In this document: in pieces, positions 9,704 through 20,604 of the stretch
How positions within the stretch are numbered: position 1 is the stretch's first letter
Layout: the number at the start of each line of letters is the position of its first letter
Assembly (NCBI GenBank): GCA_963806185.1
Contig: CAWDXE010000001.1
Span: forward strand, 320,001 to 384,000
Direction of reading: 5' to 3'
DNA length: 64,000 nucleotides
Origin: an uncultured candidate division Zixibacteria bacterium
Lineage (GTDB): Bacteria; Zixibacteria; MSB-5A5; GN15; FEB-12
Translations under genes and position numbers: made by a program
Notes under the pieces: model-generated
What the model saw: only the letters and a program-made list of their open reading frames with translations
Database searches by the model: none
What the model was told of the DNA's origin: nothing

Positions 9704-12700
9704 AAAATCACCCCTATCCTGGCCGGCTTATTGATAGGCGGTCTGCTTCAGGCGCAGACTACGCCTCCGCTGGGTATTCGGTCGAAAACTCCGGATACCA
9801 GGGCATTCATCAACGCTCGGATTATTATCTCCCCGGGACAGACTATCGCCAGTGGAACGCTGGTGATCAAGGATGGCAAAGTAGCAAGCGTCGGCACCGA
9901 CATTACGCCGCCGGCCGAAGCCACGATAGTAGACCTGAAGGGTTGGACAATCTATCCCGGCTTCATTGATCCGTACACCGATTACGGGCTCCAGACTCCC
10001 AGGGGTGATGATCGCCCTGGCCGGTTTGGTGATCGCGGGCCCAAATACGAAACTGAGCGAATAGGTGGGAACGCCTGGAACGGGGCCGTCCACGCCGAGA
10101 AGAATTGGGTGGATGAGTTCCGTCCGATATCTGACGACGCTGACGCTTTGTTGAAGCAAGGCATCACAGTCGTGCAGTCCGCCAGGATGGATGGCGTCTT
10201 TCGCGGTCGCTCCTTTGTGACGGTGGTGGGTGACGGGCTTCCCAATGACCTGCTGATTCGCCCGCACGGCCTTCAATTCGTGTCCTTCAACAAAGGAACT
10301 TCGCGACAGGAGTATCCCAGTTCACTCATGGGGAGCATCGCCTTGATCCGGCAGACACTCTTGGACGTCGACTGGTACAAGAAGGCCACAGCCGCTTATG
10401 CCGCCAACCCAAATCAGAAGCGTCCTGAGTTCAACGCACCGATCGAGGCGCTCGCCGACGGTACCGGAGAAGCCATGGTTTTCGACAGTGAAGATGAACT
10501 CTCGCTTCTTCGGGCTCAGGAAATCGCGCGCGAATACGGCCTTACGCTCATCCATGTCGGATCCGGATACGAGTACACGATTATCCCGAAGTTGAAGTCG
10601 ATTAATCCTTCCCTGATTCTCCCGGTCAATTTCCCCGTCACCCCGGAGGTAAAGACTCCGGAGGATGAACTGGACATAACGCTGGCACAACTTCGTCATT
10701 GGGAAACTGCACTTTCCAATCCGGCAATTCTCGACAGCAACGGAATCGGATTTGCCTTCACATCCTTCGGACTCAAGGACAAGGGCGAGTATCTCAAGAA
10801 TATCCGGCAGGCTGTCAAACGTGGTCTTCCCAAGGAAAAAGCACTCGCCGCCCTCACCACCGTTCCGGCCCGATATTGTGGCGTGTCGGCCATCACGGGA
10901 ACGCTCGAAAAGGGAAAACTGGCCGACTTCATCATCACTGACGGAGATATCTTTGACGACAAGACCAAACTCTACGCAACCTATTCGGCCGGCACCCAGC
11001 ACGAGTTTGTCGGGTTTGACCAGCAGGATTTCCGCGGGGATTATGCAGTAAGCGTAGCGGACAGGGACTTTGTCCTCTCCCTCACCGGCGAGGTCACCAA
11101 CCTCACGGGGGCGCTCAAAGCCAAAGCGGACAGCACGCGAAAGATTGAACTCGAGAACATTCAGGTCGAGAGTAAAAAGCTGTTCTTCACTGCTCGGCTT
11201 GACTCTGTCGGGCTGTCCGGCGCTGCAAGGTTTGTCGCCCGAATGGACGCCGGTAAGCTCATCGGACAATGTGAACTCCCGGACATGACGTCGATCGAGT
11301 TCTCCGCCGTTCGCACGGTCAGTCCGGCCGAAAAGGAGGATTCCGCCCGCAAGGAAGTTGGCAACTTGCCGCTTGTCGCTCGACGGACTTTCCCGAACAA
11401 AGCGTTTGGGTATTCGGAAATGCCGAAACGCCAGACTGTCCTTTTTCGCGGAGGGACGATCTGGACATCGGATTCCGCCGGCATTCTGGAAAATGCGGAT
11501 TTGTTAGTGGTCGACGGTAAGATCGCCAGCATCGGCAAAGACCTCAAGACACCGGCCAACTGTCTCGTAGTCGACGCTCGCGGAAAGCATATCACTCCCG
11601 GAATTATTGATGAACACTCACATATCGCGATATCCAAGGGTGTTAATGAAGGGAGCTTCTCTGTCACGTCGGAGGTGCGCATCGGCGACGTGATTGATCC
11701 CGAAGACCTGGACATCTATCGCGCGCTGGCAGGCGGTGTCACGATAGTGCACTGTCTGCATGGTTCGGCCAACGCGATCGGCGGTCAATGCCAGGCAATC
11801 AAGCTGAAGTGGGGCGGGTATGCCGACGATCTCAAGTACGCCCCGGCCCCGCCGACAATCAAATTCGCGCTCGGTGAAAATGTCAAACAGAGCAATTGGG
11901 GCGAGCAATTCACCTCACGCTATCCCCAGACGCGGATGGGGGTGGAGACAATCATCACGGATGCTTTCCAGGCGGCCCGTGAATACGAGGCGGACTGGAA
12001 AAAATTCCGATCCCTCAAGGCTGCCGATCAGGCCAGGACAGTACCGCCGCGACGTGATCTCACACTCGACGCACTGGTCGAGATTCTCAACAGTCAACGC
12101 TTTGTCCACTGTCATTCGTACGTGGCGACGGAAGTACTAATGCTTATGCGGGTAGCCGAAGAGTTCGGTTTCCGGATCGGCACGTTTACGCACATCCTCG
12201 AGGGGTACAAGGTTGCCGACGAGATGGCCAAACATGGCGCGGCGGCCAACTCATTTGCCGACTGGTGGGCGTTTAAGTTCGAGGTGTATGACGCGATACC
12301 GCAAAATCCCTGCCTCATGCAGGACCGGGGCGTTGTGGTAGGCATACACTCTGATTCTCCCGAAACCGGTCGCCGCCTCAATCAGGAAGCTGCCAAGTCG
12401 ATGCTGTATTGCGGCATGAGCCGTGAGAATGTCATCAAAATGGTCACGATCAATCCGGCGATTCAGCTGAAAGTACAGGATCGGACAGGCTCGCTTACAA
12501 TCGGGAAAGAGGCGGACATTGTCGTCTGGAACGGCGACCCGACGTCGATCTATGCCAAGCCTGAGCAAACCTGGATCGAGGGTGCTCGCTTCTTTGATCT
12601 CCAGCAGGATCAGGCGATGCGGGAGGCGGATCGGAAAGAGAAAGGGGCCCTGATCCAGCGAGCCCTGTTGTCTCAAGACGGGGGTGAGCATAAGCCCGAA

Positions 12701-12781
12701 TTTCGTCGCGGCGAACCGCGTTGGAATTGTGAGGACGTTAACGATGTCTGGCGGCAGATCAACACGGGGGGGCAGAACTAG
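9701..12781 (+). CDS. secreted two-domain amidohydrolase family protein
   Basis: Signal peptide; IYPGFID in the first domain, PGIIDEHSH in the second; HCHSY, THILEGY and GKEADIVVW motifs. Confidence 0.9.
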   Translation: MKITPILAGLLIGGLLQAQTTPPLGIRSKTPDTRAFINARIIISPGQTIASGTLVIKDGKVASVGTDITPPAEATIVDLKGWTIYPGFIDPYTDYGLQTPRGDDRPGRFGDRGPKYETERIGGNAWNGAVHAEKNWVDEFRPISDDADALLKQGITVVQSARMDGVFRGRSFVTVVGDGLPNDLLIRPHGLQFVSFNKGTSRQEYPSSLMGSIALIRQTLLDVDWYKKATAAYAANPNQKRPEFNAPIEALADGTGEAMVFDSEDELSLLRAQEIAREYGLTLIHVGSGYEYTIIPKLKSINPSLILPVNFPVTPEVKTPEDELDITLAQLRHWETALSNPAILDSNGIGFAFTSFGLKDKGEYLKNIRQAVKRGLPKEKALAALTTVPARYCGVSAITGTLEKGKLADFIITDGDIFDDKTKLYATYSAGTQHEFVGFDQQDFRGDYAVSVADRDFVLSLTGEVTNLTGALKAKADSTRKIELENIQVESKKLFFTARLDSVGLSGAARFVARMDAGKLIGQCELPDMTSIEFSAVRTVSPAEKEDSARKEVGNLPLVARRTFPNKAFGYSEMPKRQTVLFRGGTIWTSDSAGILENADLLVVDGKIASIGKDLKTPANCLVVDARGKHITPGIIDEHSHIAISKGVNEGSFSVTSEVRIGDVIDPEDLDIYRALAGGVTIVHCLHGSANAIGGQCQAIKLKWGGYADDLKYAPAPPTIKFALGENVKQSNWGEQFTSRYPQTRMGVETIITDAFQAAREYEADWKKFRSLKAADQARTVPPRRDLTLDALVEILNSQRFVHCHSYVATEVLMLMRVAEEFGFRIGTFTHILEGYKVADEMAKHGAAANSFADWWAFKFEVYDAIPQNPCLMQDRGVVVGIHSDSPETGRRLNQEAAKSMLYCGMSRENVIKMVTINPAIQLKVQDRTGSLTIGKEADIVVWNGDPTSIYAKPEQTWIEGARFFDLQQDQAMREADRKEKGALIQRALLSQDGGEHKPEFRRGEPRWNCEDVNDVWRQINTGGQN

Positions 12782-12784
12782 AAT

Positions 12785-14074
12785 ATGAAGAAGTCACTGA
12801 TCGCAATAATAGTGTCGGGGTTATTTGCTCTGAATCTGGCGGCGCATCCGTTCATCCCAGGCAAAGTGCAGGATCATCCGATTCTGCTCAAGGGTGGCGA
12901 TTTATACACCATCGAGAACGGGGTCAAGCTCCACACCGACATTCTCTTTGACAACGGCCGCATTACCGCTTTAGGTGAGAACCTTCAGGCACCCGCTGGG
13001 GCTGAGATTATTGATGTGACCGGTCAACGAGTGTACCCCGGATTGATCGACGCCGGCACCAGTATCGGCCTGATCGAGATCGGCGCCGTGCGCGCGACCA
13101 ACGATCAGCGCGAAGTGGGACAGGCCACACCGGAGGTTAAAGCTCAGGTCGGTTATAATCCCGATTCCGAAATTATTCCCACCGTTCGGTCCAACGGCGT
13201 TACGACCGTGCTGGTTGTGCCGGGTGGAGGTGTTGTGACCGGTCGGTCGGCACTCATGAATCTCGACGGCTGGACTCGCGAAGACTGCGCTGAACGACTG
13301 GTACTGGGCATGCACATGAACTGGCCGCAAGTGTCGGTCAACAGGGGCTGGTGGGAAGAGAGACCGATCGAGGACCAGAAAAGGGACATGGAGCAGAATC
13401 GTCGCGCCGTCGGACAGATTTTCGCCGACGCTCGCGCATACTTCACGGCCAAACAGGCTGATCCGAAGGTGAAGCAAGATCTCCGCTGGGAAGCCATGAT
13501 TCCGGTGCTCACCGGCGAGATGCCTCTTTTTGTGGCCGCGAATGATTATCGCCAGATCGAACAGGCGGTCGCTTTCGCCAAGGAACAAAAGGTGCGCATG
13601 ATCATCACCGGCGGCAAAGAGGCCTACCGGGCTACATCGTTGCTCAAGGAGAATCACATACCGGTTATCCTGAGTTCGACCTTTGATCTGCCTATGCGCG
13701 AGGATGATGATTACGATCAGGCGTTCAAGTCACCGGCCATGCTCCAGCAGGCCGGCGTGGTGTTCACCGTCGCAACCTTCGACAGTTGGGGCGCGCGCAA
13801 CCTACCGCTGGCGATGGGCGAAGCAGTGTCATACGGACTGGATCAGGATGTTGCTCTTCGCGCCATAACACTGACAGCGGCCGAGATTCTCGGCGTGGAA
13901 AAGGACCTCGGCTCTCTCGTGATCGGCAAGAAGGCGACACTGTTCGTGTGCGGGGGCGATGTGCTGGATATGTCGGGGAATCATGTCGCGAAGATGTGGA
14001 TTGAGGGGAAAGCGGTTGACCTGAACAATCGGCACAAGGAGTTGTACCGCAAATATCAAGCTAAGGGAAAGTAG
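12785..14074 (+). CDS. secreted amidohydrolase-like partner subunit
   Basis: Signal peptide; VYPGLIDAGT (metal-binding His absent); GSLVIGKKATL; 3 nt from the upstream gene. Confidence 0.85.
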   Translation: MKKSLIAIIVSGLFALNLAAHPFIPGKVQDHPILLKGGDLYTIENGVKLHTDILFDNGRITALGENLQAPAGAEIIDVTGQRVYPGLIDAGTSIGLIEIGAVRATNDQREVGQATPEVKAQVGYNPDSEIIPTVRSNGVTTVLVVPGGGVVTGRSALMNLDGWTREDCAERLVLGMHMNWPQVSVNRGWWEERPIEDQKRDMEQNRRAVGQIFADARAYFTAKQADPKVKQDLRWEAMIPVLTGEMPLFVAANDYRQIEQAVAFAKEQKVRMIITGGKEAYRATSLLKENHIPVILSSTFDLPMREDDDYDQAFKSPAMLQQAGVVFTVATFDSWGARNLPLAMGEAVSYGLDQDVALRAITLTAAEILGVEKDLGSLVIGKKATLFVCGGDVLDMSGNHVAKMWIEGKAVDLNNRHKELYRKYQAKGK

Positions 14075-14194
14075 CTGTCCTTTCAATCATCGAGATTGGC
14101 AATCAATTGTTCGCCGCGGGATTTGAACTGGTCCGGCGGCGTTTTCATTTCGACTCGGATGCTTGAATCGGCGAAACGTAACCTTGCGAATTCA

Positions 14195-14593
14195 TCACAC
14201 GTTCGCCAGCTTCTCGCGAAGGGAAGGCGGAATGGGCGTCGGCCGTTGCGTTTCTCGATCGACGCAGACGTGAACTGTCTTCACCGTGCCGGCCTCCCCA
14301 CCGTCGGCAGCCAGAAGTCGATGCGCCAGGGTGAATGAACTGTCGCCGAGCTTCTCCACCGTCAATTCGACGGTCAATGAGTCCCCCACGAAAAGTGCCC
14401 GCTTAAAATCGGCTTCGGCGTGAGCGATCGGTATGAAAAACGACTCCCGACGGAGAATGCGGGCAAAACTGAACCCGATTTCGGTCATGAGCGATTCATA
14501 AGCGTCGTGTGCTATTCTGAACTGATTGCCAAAAAACAGGAGTCCGGCCGCGTCGGTATCGTGCAATTTTACGGTGGTAGCGTAGCAAAACAT
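14195..14593 (-). CDS. hot-dog fold acyl-CoA thioesterase (4HBT/DHNA-CoA-like)
   Basis: HDTDAAGLLFF motif, HAEADF, VHVCVD. Confidence 0.88.
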   Translation of the reverse strand: MFCYATTVKLHDTDAAGLLFFGNQFRIAHDAYESLMTEIGFSFARILRRESFFIPIAHAEADFKRALFVGDSLTVELTVEKLGDSSFTLAHRLLAADGGEAGTVKTVHVCVDRETQRPTPIPPSLREKLANV

Positions 14594-14720
14594 GTGAATT
14601 CCCCACATCAGCGATTGAACATTTCGTTAGTCCTAACGTATATTAGGCAACCTCACACCCGGACTAGATGTAGTCTGCAAATTAGAGATTGTGACCAACC
14701 ATAGTAACGCAGGAGTTCCG

Positions 14721-16613
14721 ATGATGCAAAGAGAAAAGCTATCCCGGCTGGCGGCGATTGTCATCGCTCTCAGCCTGGGTCTGGCCACTCTGGCGGCCGG
14801 TCAGGGGGAGATTAAGAAAGTCCCGCAACGCTCTGAAATTGCGGACAAATATAAGTGGCGCCTGGCGGACATGTACCCCTCCGACGACGCCTGGGAAAAG
14901 GACTATACCACGCTCAGCAATAATCTGGGCCGGTTTGACCAATTCAAGGGCAAATTGGGTGAATCCGCCTCTACCCTGCTGACCTGCCTGAAATTGCGCG
15001 ATTCGTTGGGACTGATCTCTGATAACCTGTATGTGTATTCCAATCTGGCGCTCGACCAGGATAACCGGGAAAGCAAGTACCAGGAGATGGCCGATCGAGC
15101 CGGAAGCCTGAACTCCAAACTCTCGGCAGCCACCTCGTTTATTGAGCCCGAAATCCTGGCGGTCCCGGGCGAGCAGATCCAGACCTACCTCCAGAAATTT
15201 CCGGAGCTGGACACTTATCGCTTCTATCTTGAGAATCTCATGCGCTCCAAGGCGCACATCCTGTCCGACAAAGAAGAAGCTCTGTTGTCGATGGCCGGGC
15301 CGGTCATGGGCGCACCATCGCGCATTTTCAGCATGATCAATGACGCGGATATCAGCTACGGCTCCATTAAGGATGAGAACGGCAACGAGGTCGAGCTGAC
15401 CAAAGAGCGGTATTCATCAATGCTTGATTCGCCGGATCGCCGCGTTCGGCGCGACGCCAATCAGGCCTACAATCGCGCCTATTTGAAATACATCAACAGC
15501 CTGGCGACCACCCTCGGAAGTTCGGTCAAGAAAGACTACTTCCTCATGCAGGCGCGCAAGTACAACTCCTGTCTGGAGGCTTCGCTCGACGGTGACAACA
15601 TTCCGACGAGCGTCTTCACCGCCCTGATCGCAGCCGCCAATGCCAATCTCGAACCGTTGCACAAGTGGGCCAAGATACGCAAGAAAATCCTCGGTGTGGA
15701 CACACTCTATACCTACGATCTCTGGGCACCGCTCTTGAAGGAAAAGAAGAAAGAGTATACCTACGAACAGGCCCGCGAAATGGTGCTCAAGGGACTCCAG
15801 CCGCTCGGCAAACAATACACCTCCGACTTCGCCAAGGCATTGGATGGCGGGTGGGTTGACGTTTACGAGACGCAGGGAAAAGGGTCCGGCGCCTATCAAT
15901 GGGGTACGTACTCGTCGCACCCTTACCTCCTGATGAACTACAACGGCACGCTTGACTGGGTGTTTACGCTGGCTCATGAGATGGGCCATGCCATGAACAG
16001 CTTCTACACCAAACAGAATGAGCCGTACATCAACTCAGGGCACTCGCTGTTTACGGCCGAGGTGGCGTCGACCTGCAATGAAGCCATTCTCATGAAGTAC
16101 ATGCTCGCCAACGCCAAAGATAAGGCAGAGAAAAAGCAGCTTCTCATTCAGTACTGCGAGCAGATCATCGGGACGTTTTATACTCAGCTCATGTTCTCCG
16201 AATTTGAACTGGCGATTCACGACCGCGTAGAGAAGGGCGACGCTCTGTCGGCCGATTTTATGCGCAAAACGTATCGTGACATTTACCAGAAATACTGGGG
16301 ACCGGAGCTGGTGATTGATTCGATCAACGACGTAGGCGGTATGCGAATCAGCCACTTCTATCGTCAGTATTACGTGTACCAGTATGCCACCTGTTATGCG
16401 GCGGCGCAGGCGCTGTCTCAGCATATCATGGACAAGCAGCCCGGGGCCCTGGAGAAATACCAGCGCTTCCTGAGAACGGGCAGTTCGAAATATCCGGTTG
16501 AGATTCTTCGCGATGCCGGTGTCGATATGACCACACCCGATCCGGTCAACGCGACCATCAAGATATTCGGAGAGTTGGTTGACGAAATGGAGAAGCTCCT
16601 GGCGGAGAGTTGA
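14721..16613 (+). CDS. pepF: oligoendopeptidase F (M3B) with N-terminal signal peptide
   Basis: KYKWRLADMY, GKGSGAY, TLAHEMGHA zinc motif, AEVAST, HFY..YYVYQYA. Confidence 0.93.
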   Translation: MMQREKLSRLAAIVIALSLGLATLAAGQGEIKKVPQRSEIADKYKWRLADMYPSDDAWEKDYTTLSNNLGRFDQFKGKLGESASTLLTCLKLRDSLGLISDNLYVYSNLALDQDNRESKYQEMADRAGSLNSKLSAATSFIEPEILAVPGEQIQTYLQKFPELDTYRFYLENLMRSKAHILSDKEEALLSMAGPVMGAPSRIFSMINDADISYGSIKDENGNEVELTKERYSSMLDSPDRRVRRDANQAYNRAYLKYINSLATTLGSSVKKDYFLMQARKYNSCLEASLDGDNIPTSVFTALIAAANANLEPLHKWAKIRKKILGVDTLYTYDLWAPLLKEKKKEYTYEQAREMVLKGLQPLGKQYTSDFAKALDGGWVDVYETQGKGSGAYQWGTYSSHPYLLMNYNGTLDWVFTLAHEMGHAMNSFYTKQNEPYINSGHSLFTAEVASTCNEAILMKYMLANAKDKAEKKQLLIQYCEQIIGTFYTQLMFSEFELAIHDRVEKGDALSADFMRKTYRDIYQKYWGPELVIDSINDVGGMRISHFYRQYYVYQYATCYAAAQALSQHIMDKQPGALEKYQRFLRTGSSKYPVEILRDAGVDMTTPDPVNATIKIFGELVDEMEKLLAES

Positions 16614-16640
16614 GTCCGGAAGGCAATCAAGTATTTGTGA

Positions 16641-16670
16641 CCGGTTGGCCTGGGCCAGCCGGTTTTTTTT
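16641..16670 (+). terminator. intrinsic terminator after pepF
   Basis: CCGGTTGGCC-TG-GGCCAGCCGG followed by T8. Confidence 0.8.
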
Positions 16671-16874
16671 CGGGAATCCGGAGCGAAACAGGACTTACCA
16701 GCCTGATTCGGGGCGCAACCGGCCTCATTGAAATCGTATTTCATTTTCATTTTTTGTCGCCCGGCCAAATCTGCTTGCTTTTTCGTGTCCCGGGATGGAA
16801 TCTTGGAACACCATCCTGTGGTAATTCGTTCTGAACGTCATAGAGTATGAATCAACTAAAGGAGATGATTTGGT

Positions 16875-17375
16875 ATGATGATTTCACAAAAAATGGCCAA
16901 GCGGTTGAATGTCCAGGTCAACCATGAATTCTTTAATGCGCTGTCCTACACGGCTGTCGCGTACTGGTTCGAGGAACAGGGACTGAAAGTCTTTGCGAAA
17001 TTCTTCTTTAAGCAGGCGGACGAGGAACGCGGGCATGGGCGAAAAATCGCTCAATATATTGTTGATCAGGGGGCCGAGGTCAAGCTGACCGCGGTCGAAC
17101 AACCCAAAGTCACGTTTAAGTCTGCCAAGGAAGTTATGGAGAACTTCGTCGAACTGGAAGTCAAGACGACGAAGATGGTACACGAAATCGCCGCTCTGGC
17201 ACAAGCTGAGAACGACTTTGCCACGCGCAATTTTATTGATTGGAAGGTCGCTGAGCAGGTTGAGGAAGTTGCCTCCGCCAACGAGATGCTCAATATGGTC
17301 AAGCATGCCGAAACCTTTGGCCAGTTGTTGATGCTGGAAGGACGCGTCTATCTGATCATCGAAGGCAAAGCCTGA
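16875..17375 (+). CDS. ftnA: non-heme ferritin
   Basis: LNVQVNHE, QADEERGH, EQVEE ferroxidase-type motifs; 166 aa; RBS AAGGAG. Confidence 0.9.
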   Translation: MMISQKMAKRLNVQVNHEFFNALSYTAVAYWFEEQGLKVFAKFFFKQADEERGHGRKIAQYIVDQGAEVKLTAVEQPKVTFKSAKEVMENFVELEVKTTKMVHEIAALAQAENDFATRNFIDWKVAEQVEEVASANEMLNMVKHAETFGQLLMLEGRVYLIIEGKA

Positions 17376-17394
17376 TCTTGCCGAAGAGAATACA

Positions 17395-17425
17395 AACGGC
17401 CATCTTACGGATGGCCGTTTTTTTT
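17395..17425 (+). terminator. intrinsic terminator after ferritin
   Basis: AAACGGCCATC-TTACG-GATGGCCGTTT plus T run. Confidence 0.8.
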
Positions 17426-17474
17426 GTGCCCAATTTGTCCTATCGCAACACGAAGTGACGAGAGGCGGGATGCC

Positions 17475-18257
17475 ATGACGACGAGGAAGATCACGGAAGT
17501 ACTGGGGATTGACATCGGCGGAACCGGGATCAAGGCGGCGCCCGTGAATATTCGTACGGGCCGAATGCTGGCCGAGGTTCACAGAGTTTTCACGCCGAAA
17601 CCGGCGACCCCCGCGGCCATTCGCGAGGCAGTCCGAGAAATGATGCGGCATTTCTCGTGGAAAGGGGGACTCGGCTGCGGTTACCCAGGCGTTGTGAAAA
17701 GCGGTGTCGCCTGGTCGGCTGTGCATATGGACAAGTCTTGGATTGGCACGAGCGTAGACAAGACACTTCAGCCGCTGAGTCGAATCCCGGTGAAAGTCGT
17801 GAATGATGCCGACGCCGCCGGGTTGGCCGAAATGCGCTTCGGCGCCGGACGGCGGCTCAATCGCAAAGATGGCGGAACCGTGTTCATTGTCACGCTCGGT
17901 ACCGGCATTGGCACGGCGATTTTCCACAATGGCCGGCTTCTCCCCAACACGGAATTCGGTCACTTCTATCTGAAGGAAGGCGAATCGGAGACGTTGGCCG
18001 CGGCCAGCAAGCGGGACAAACTCAAGCTCACCTGGCAAGAGTATGGCGGACGAGTCAATCTGGTCCTGAAGGAGCTTGAAAAGCTTGTCTCACCCGACCT
18101 GTTCATAGTCGGCGGCGGCGTGAGCGAGAATTTCGATCTATTCCGCAAGTACCTGAATGTACGCGCCGACGTTGTACCAGCACATATGGGAAACGATGCC
18201 GGCATAGTCGGCGCCGCGTATGCCGTGCAGTATCTGGGCAGGGATTTACGGAAATAG
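17475..18257 (+). CDS. ppgK: polyphosphate glucokinase (ROK family)
   Basis: [51 protein letters not shown]. Confidence 0.88.
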   Translation: MTTRKITEVLGIDIGGTGIKAAPVNIRTGRMLAEVHRVFTPKPATPAAIREAVREMMRHFSWKGGLGCGYPGVVKSGVAWSAVHMDKSWIGTSVDKTLQPLSRIPVKVVNDADAAGLAEMRFGAGRRLNRKDGGTVFIVTLGTGIGTAIFHNGRLLPNTEFGHFYLKEGESETLAAASKRDKLKLTWQEYGGRVNLVLKELEKLVSPDLFIVGGGVSENFDLFRKYLNVRADVVPAHMGNDAGIVGAAYAVQYLGRDLRK

Positions 18258-18266
18258 GCGTTTCGT

Positions 18267-18521
18267 CTACTTGTACTTCAGTTTCAGCGAGAGAATCGCC
18301 AGCGCTATGATCAACGTGACGACATTGGCGAGTATCACCGGCCACGAGTGCACCAGCAGTCCGTAAATGAGCCAGAGGAAGATGCCGCTGCTCAGGATGA
18401 TGAACATGAGCAGAGAAATGTCAGTGGTCGACTTGCTTTTCCAGGCCTTGAGAAATTGCGGGAAAAAAGCTGCGGTTGTCAGAGTACCAGCCACCAGCCC
18501 GAGTATCATGGTCGAATCCAT
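18267..18521 (-). CDS. SemiSWEET (MtN3/PQ-loop) sugar transporter
   Basis: 84 aa, three [31 protein letters not shown]. Confidence 0.9.
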   Translation of the reverse strand: MDSTMILGLVAGTLTTAAFFPQFLKAWKSKSTTDISLLMFIILSSGIFLWLIYGLLVHSWPVILANVVTLIIALAILSLKLKYK

Positions 18522-18546
18522 AGCGAATGAACAGCCTCTCTTCACC

Positions 18547-19557
18547 CTAGCGGAACTGGTACCCGGCGCTAAACCTGATGGTCTCGTCGAGGTCGGGATG
18601 ATTGAGATAGGCAACGTCGAACGAGAAATGACGGTATTCCACACCTAAACCGGCCGTTAACCGGCCGATATCAGCTCCCACCCGGCCAAATACCATGTCG
18701 TGGTATCCGACCTCCAGTCCGTAGTGCATGTCCAATGACAGCTCACCGGACCAGTATTGCGCCGCCTCGCGCAGGCCGTCAAACCGGATATCACCGCTCA
18801 CCGCACCGCGTGCTATCCACTCCGACCAGCGGTGCGTGACCGACAGGCCCGGCTTCACGGCCGGCGAAATCGATTCGGAGTGTCCCGGAATATTGAACGT
18901 CTTGCCCGAGTAGCGGATGAAGCCACTGGTGATGTCGGTGATCATCAATCCAAGCTGGACATCGGGACCAACAACATAAACCGCCCCGGCGTCGAGACTC
19001 AACCCCCATCCGGTCTCGGTGGAGATGTCGCGATACAGAAACTTCCCCGTGAGTCCAACGTCCAGCCGCTCGCCGATCTTCCCGGCCACCGATCCGCCGA
19101 GCAGAAGGTCGCCGTGCGACTCTTCGCGTACGACTTCCGGACGCTGCCCCGGATCCATGGCGGTGATATCGATTCCGCCGCCGCCGAGATAATAGAGATA
19201 AAATCCAAACGACCTGATTGTTCCTGCGTCGCGGGGCCGAGCATCAACATACGAGATAAACTCGTGGTTAAGCAGCGATCCGAACGTCTCGCCGTGCATC
19301 ATCGTGACATACCGGCCCGACAGCGAGTTCATCCCGGCCGGATTCCAGTAGGCGGTTGACGCGTCAAACGGCCCGGCTGCACCGGCGCCGCCCAAGGCCA
19401 GGGTACGGCCACCGACACCCAGCGTGAAAGATTCACCGCTGTACTTCTCGGCATGGATTGCGGCAGGGCAAGCCATCAGCCAGGACAGCAGGATGAGTGC
19501 AGTCAAAGCGAAGCAGTCGATCCGGGGGCGAGTCACCAGCATGGTCTGTCTAAGCAT
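18547..19557 (-). CDS. PorV/PorQ-like outer-membrane protein
   Basis: Signal peptide; FTLGVGGRTLALGGA and AYWNPAG motifs; amphipathic strands ending in YQF. Confidence 0.75.
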   Translation of the reverse strand: MLRQTMLVTRPRIDCFALTALILLSWLMACPAAIHAEKYSGESFTLGVGGRTLALGGAGAAGPFDASTAYWNPAGMNSLSGRYVTMMHGETFGSLLNHEFISYVDARPRDAGTIRSFGFYLYYLGGGGIDITAMDPGQRPEVVREESHGDLLLGGSVAGKIGERLDVGLTGKFLYRDISTETGWGLSLDAGAVYVVGPDVQLGLMITDITSGFIRYSGKTFNIPGHSESISPAVKPGLSVTHRWSEWIARGAVSGDIRFDGLREAAQYWSGELSLDMHYGLEVGYHDMVFGRVGADIGRLTAGLGVEYRHFSFDVAYLNHPDLDETIRFSAGYQFR

Positions 19558-19638
19558 CTCCTGGTTCTACGGAACTCAATGTCGGTAGATTAATAGATGA
19601 CGCTCGATTTGCCCATTCAATTAAACCGTTTCGGGAAT

Positions 19639-19666
19639 AAAAAAGGCGGGAGCGATTGCTCCCGCC
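19639..19666 (-). terminator. intrinsic terminator after HMA gene
   Basis: GGCGGGAGC-AATC-GCTCCCGCC followed by T run on the minus strand. Confidence 0.75.
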
Positions 19667-19690
19667 GATCAGACTTGGAATGACAGGAAA

Positions 19691-20341
19691 TTAGTTGGGC
19701 TGCTTAGCGCTGGTTTCCTTAACCTCGACGCCGGTCTTGGCCGTGCAGCCTGCCTTGCCGCTCGCGTTGGCCGCGCCGGCCGCACAACAAGCTTTGCCGG
19801 TACCGCCGGTATTGGAGGACATGTGGGCAACAGCCGGCAAGATCTCAGCCTCGTAACCTTTGTTGGAGACGGCAGTCGCCAGCGTTTCCGTCTTGGCCTT
19901 GGTCGGGTCGACCAGTACGAGAGCCGCACCGTCCTTGTAGGAAATAGTCAGAACTTTTACAACACCCTGGACCTTGCTGAGCTCAGCGGTTACCGACGAT
20001 TCGCAACCACCGCAAGTCATCCCCTTGATCGACATCGGAACCAACTGCACCTGACCATCGTAATTGGCCAGTTTTGCCAGGTCGGCACTGCTCATTTCGC
20101 AATATTTCATCATCTCAGCTGAGCAATGCGCCGAGCAAGCTGCCTTGTCGCCGGTCATAGTGGCATTGGCACTCGTAGTTCCAGCTGTACATCCAGAAGC
20201 GCCAACCATCTTGGCGTCGACCGTGCCGGTGGAAGCCGACGTGGTGGCGGCATCTTTGCCTTCGCCGCAGGCGAAGATCGGAGCGGAGGCAAGCGAGACC
20301 ATCGCTACCATACCCATCGCAACAAATAGAGCTTTCTTCAC
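19691..20341 (-). CDS. exported Cys-rich heavy-metal-associated (MerP/CopZ-like) protein
   Basis: Signal peptide, GMTCGGC HMA motif, extra CSAHC and CC cysteines in low-complexity flanks. Confidence 0.82.
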   Translation of the reverse strand: MKKALFVAMGMVAMVSLASAPIFACGEGKDAATTSASTGTVDAKMVGASGCTAGTTSANATMTGDKAACSAHCSAEMMKYCEMSSADLAKLANYDGQVQLVPMSIKGMTCGGCESSVTAELSKVQGVVKVLTISYKDGAALVLVDPTKAKTETLATAVSNKGYEAEILPAVAHMSSNTGGTGKACCAAGAANASGKAGCTAKTGVEVKETSAKQPN

Positions 20342-20557
20342 AAGGTACTCCTTCTTGTACTTATGCTATTAACTTTGTAACTGTTTTCAATATAACAACT
20401 TCGCTGACAGCTTACACCCGCTTCAGTATCGCGGGTAGTTTTGCGTGTGCTGCTTCATTCCCTATTAAACCTATTTACCGGCTTGCGAGTTCCAGAATGT
20501 GCACAAAAGTAGTCTAGATTCATCTGTAAGGACGATATTTGCTTGCCATTTGTCAAA

Positions 20558-20586
20558 TATATTCGTATATGCGGATACATGAATAT
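20558..20586 (+). promoter_or_regulatory. imperfect inverted repeat, probable ArsR operator
   Basis: ATATTCGTAT-ATGCGG-ATACATGAATAT immediately upstream of acr3-arsR-arsC. Confidence 0.55.
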
Positions 20587-20604
20587 TAGATCGAGAAGTG
20601 AGTC

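Noticed and set aside
10322..11269. Long antisense ORFs (also 16884-18038, 43117-44043 and similar)
   Set aside because: They are shadows of GC-rich genes on the opposite strand, with no motifs or RBS.
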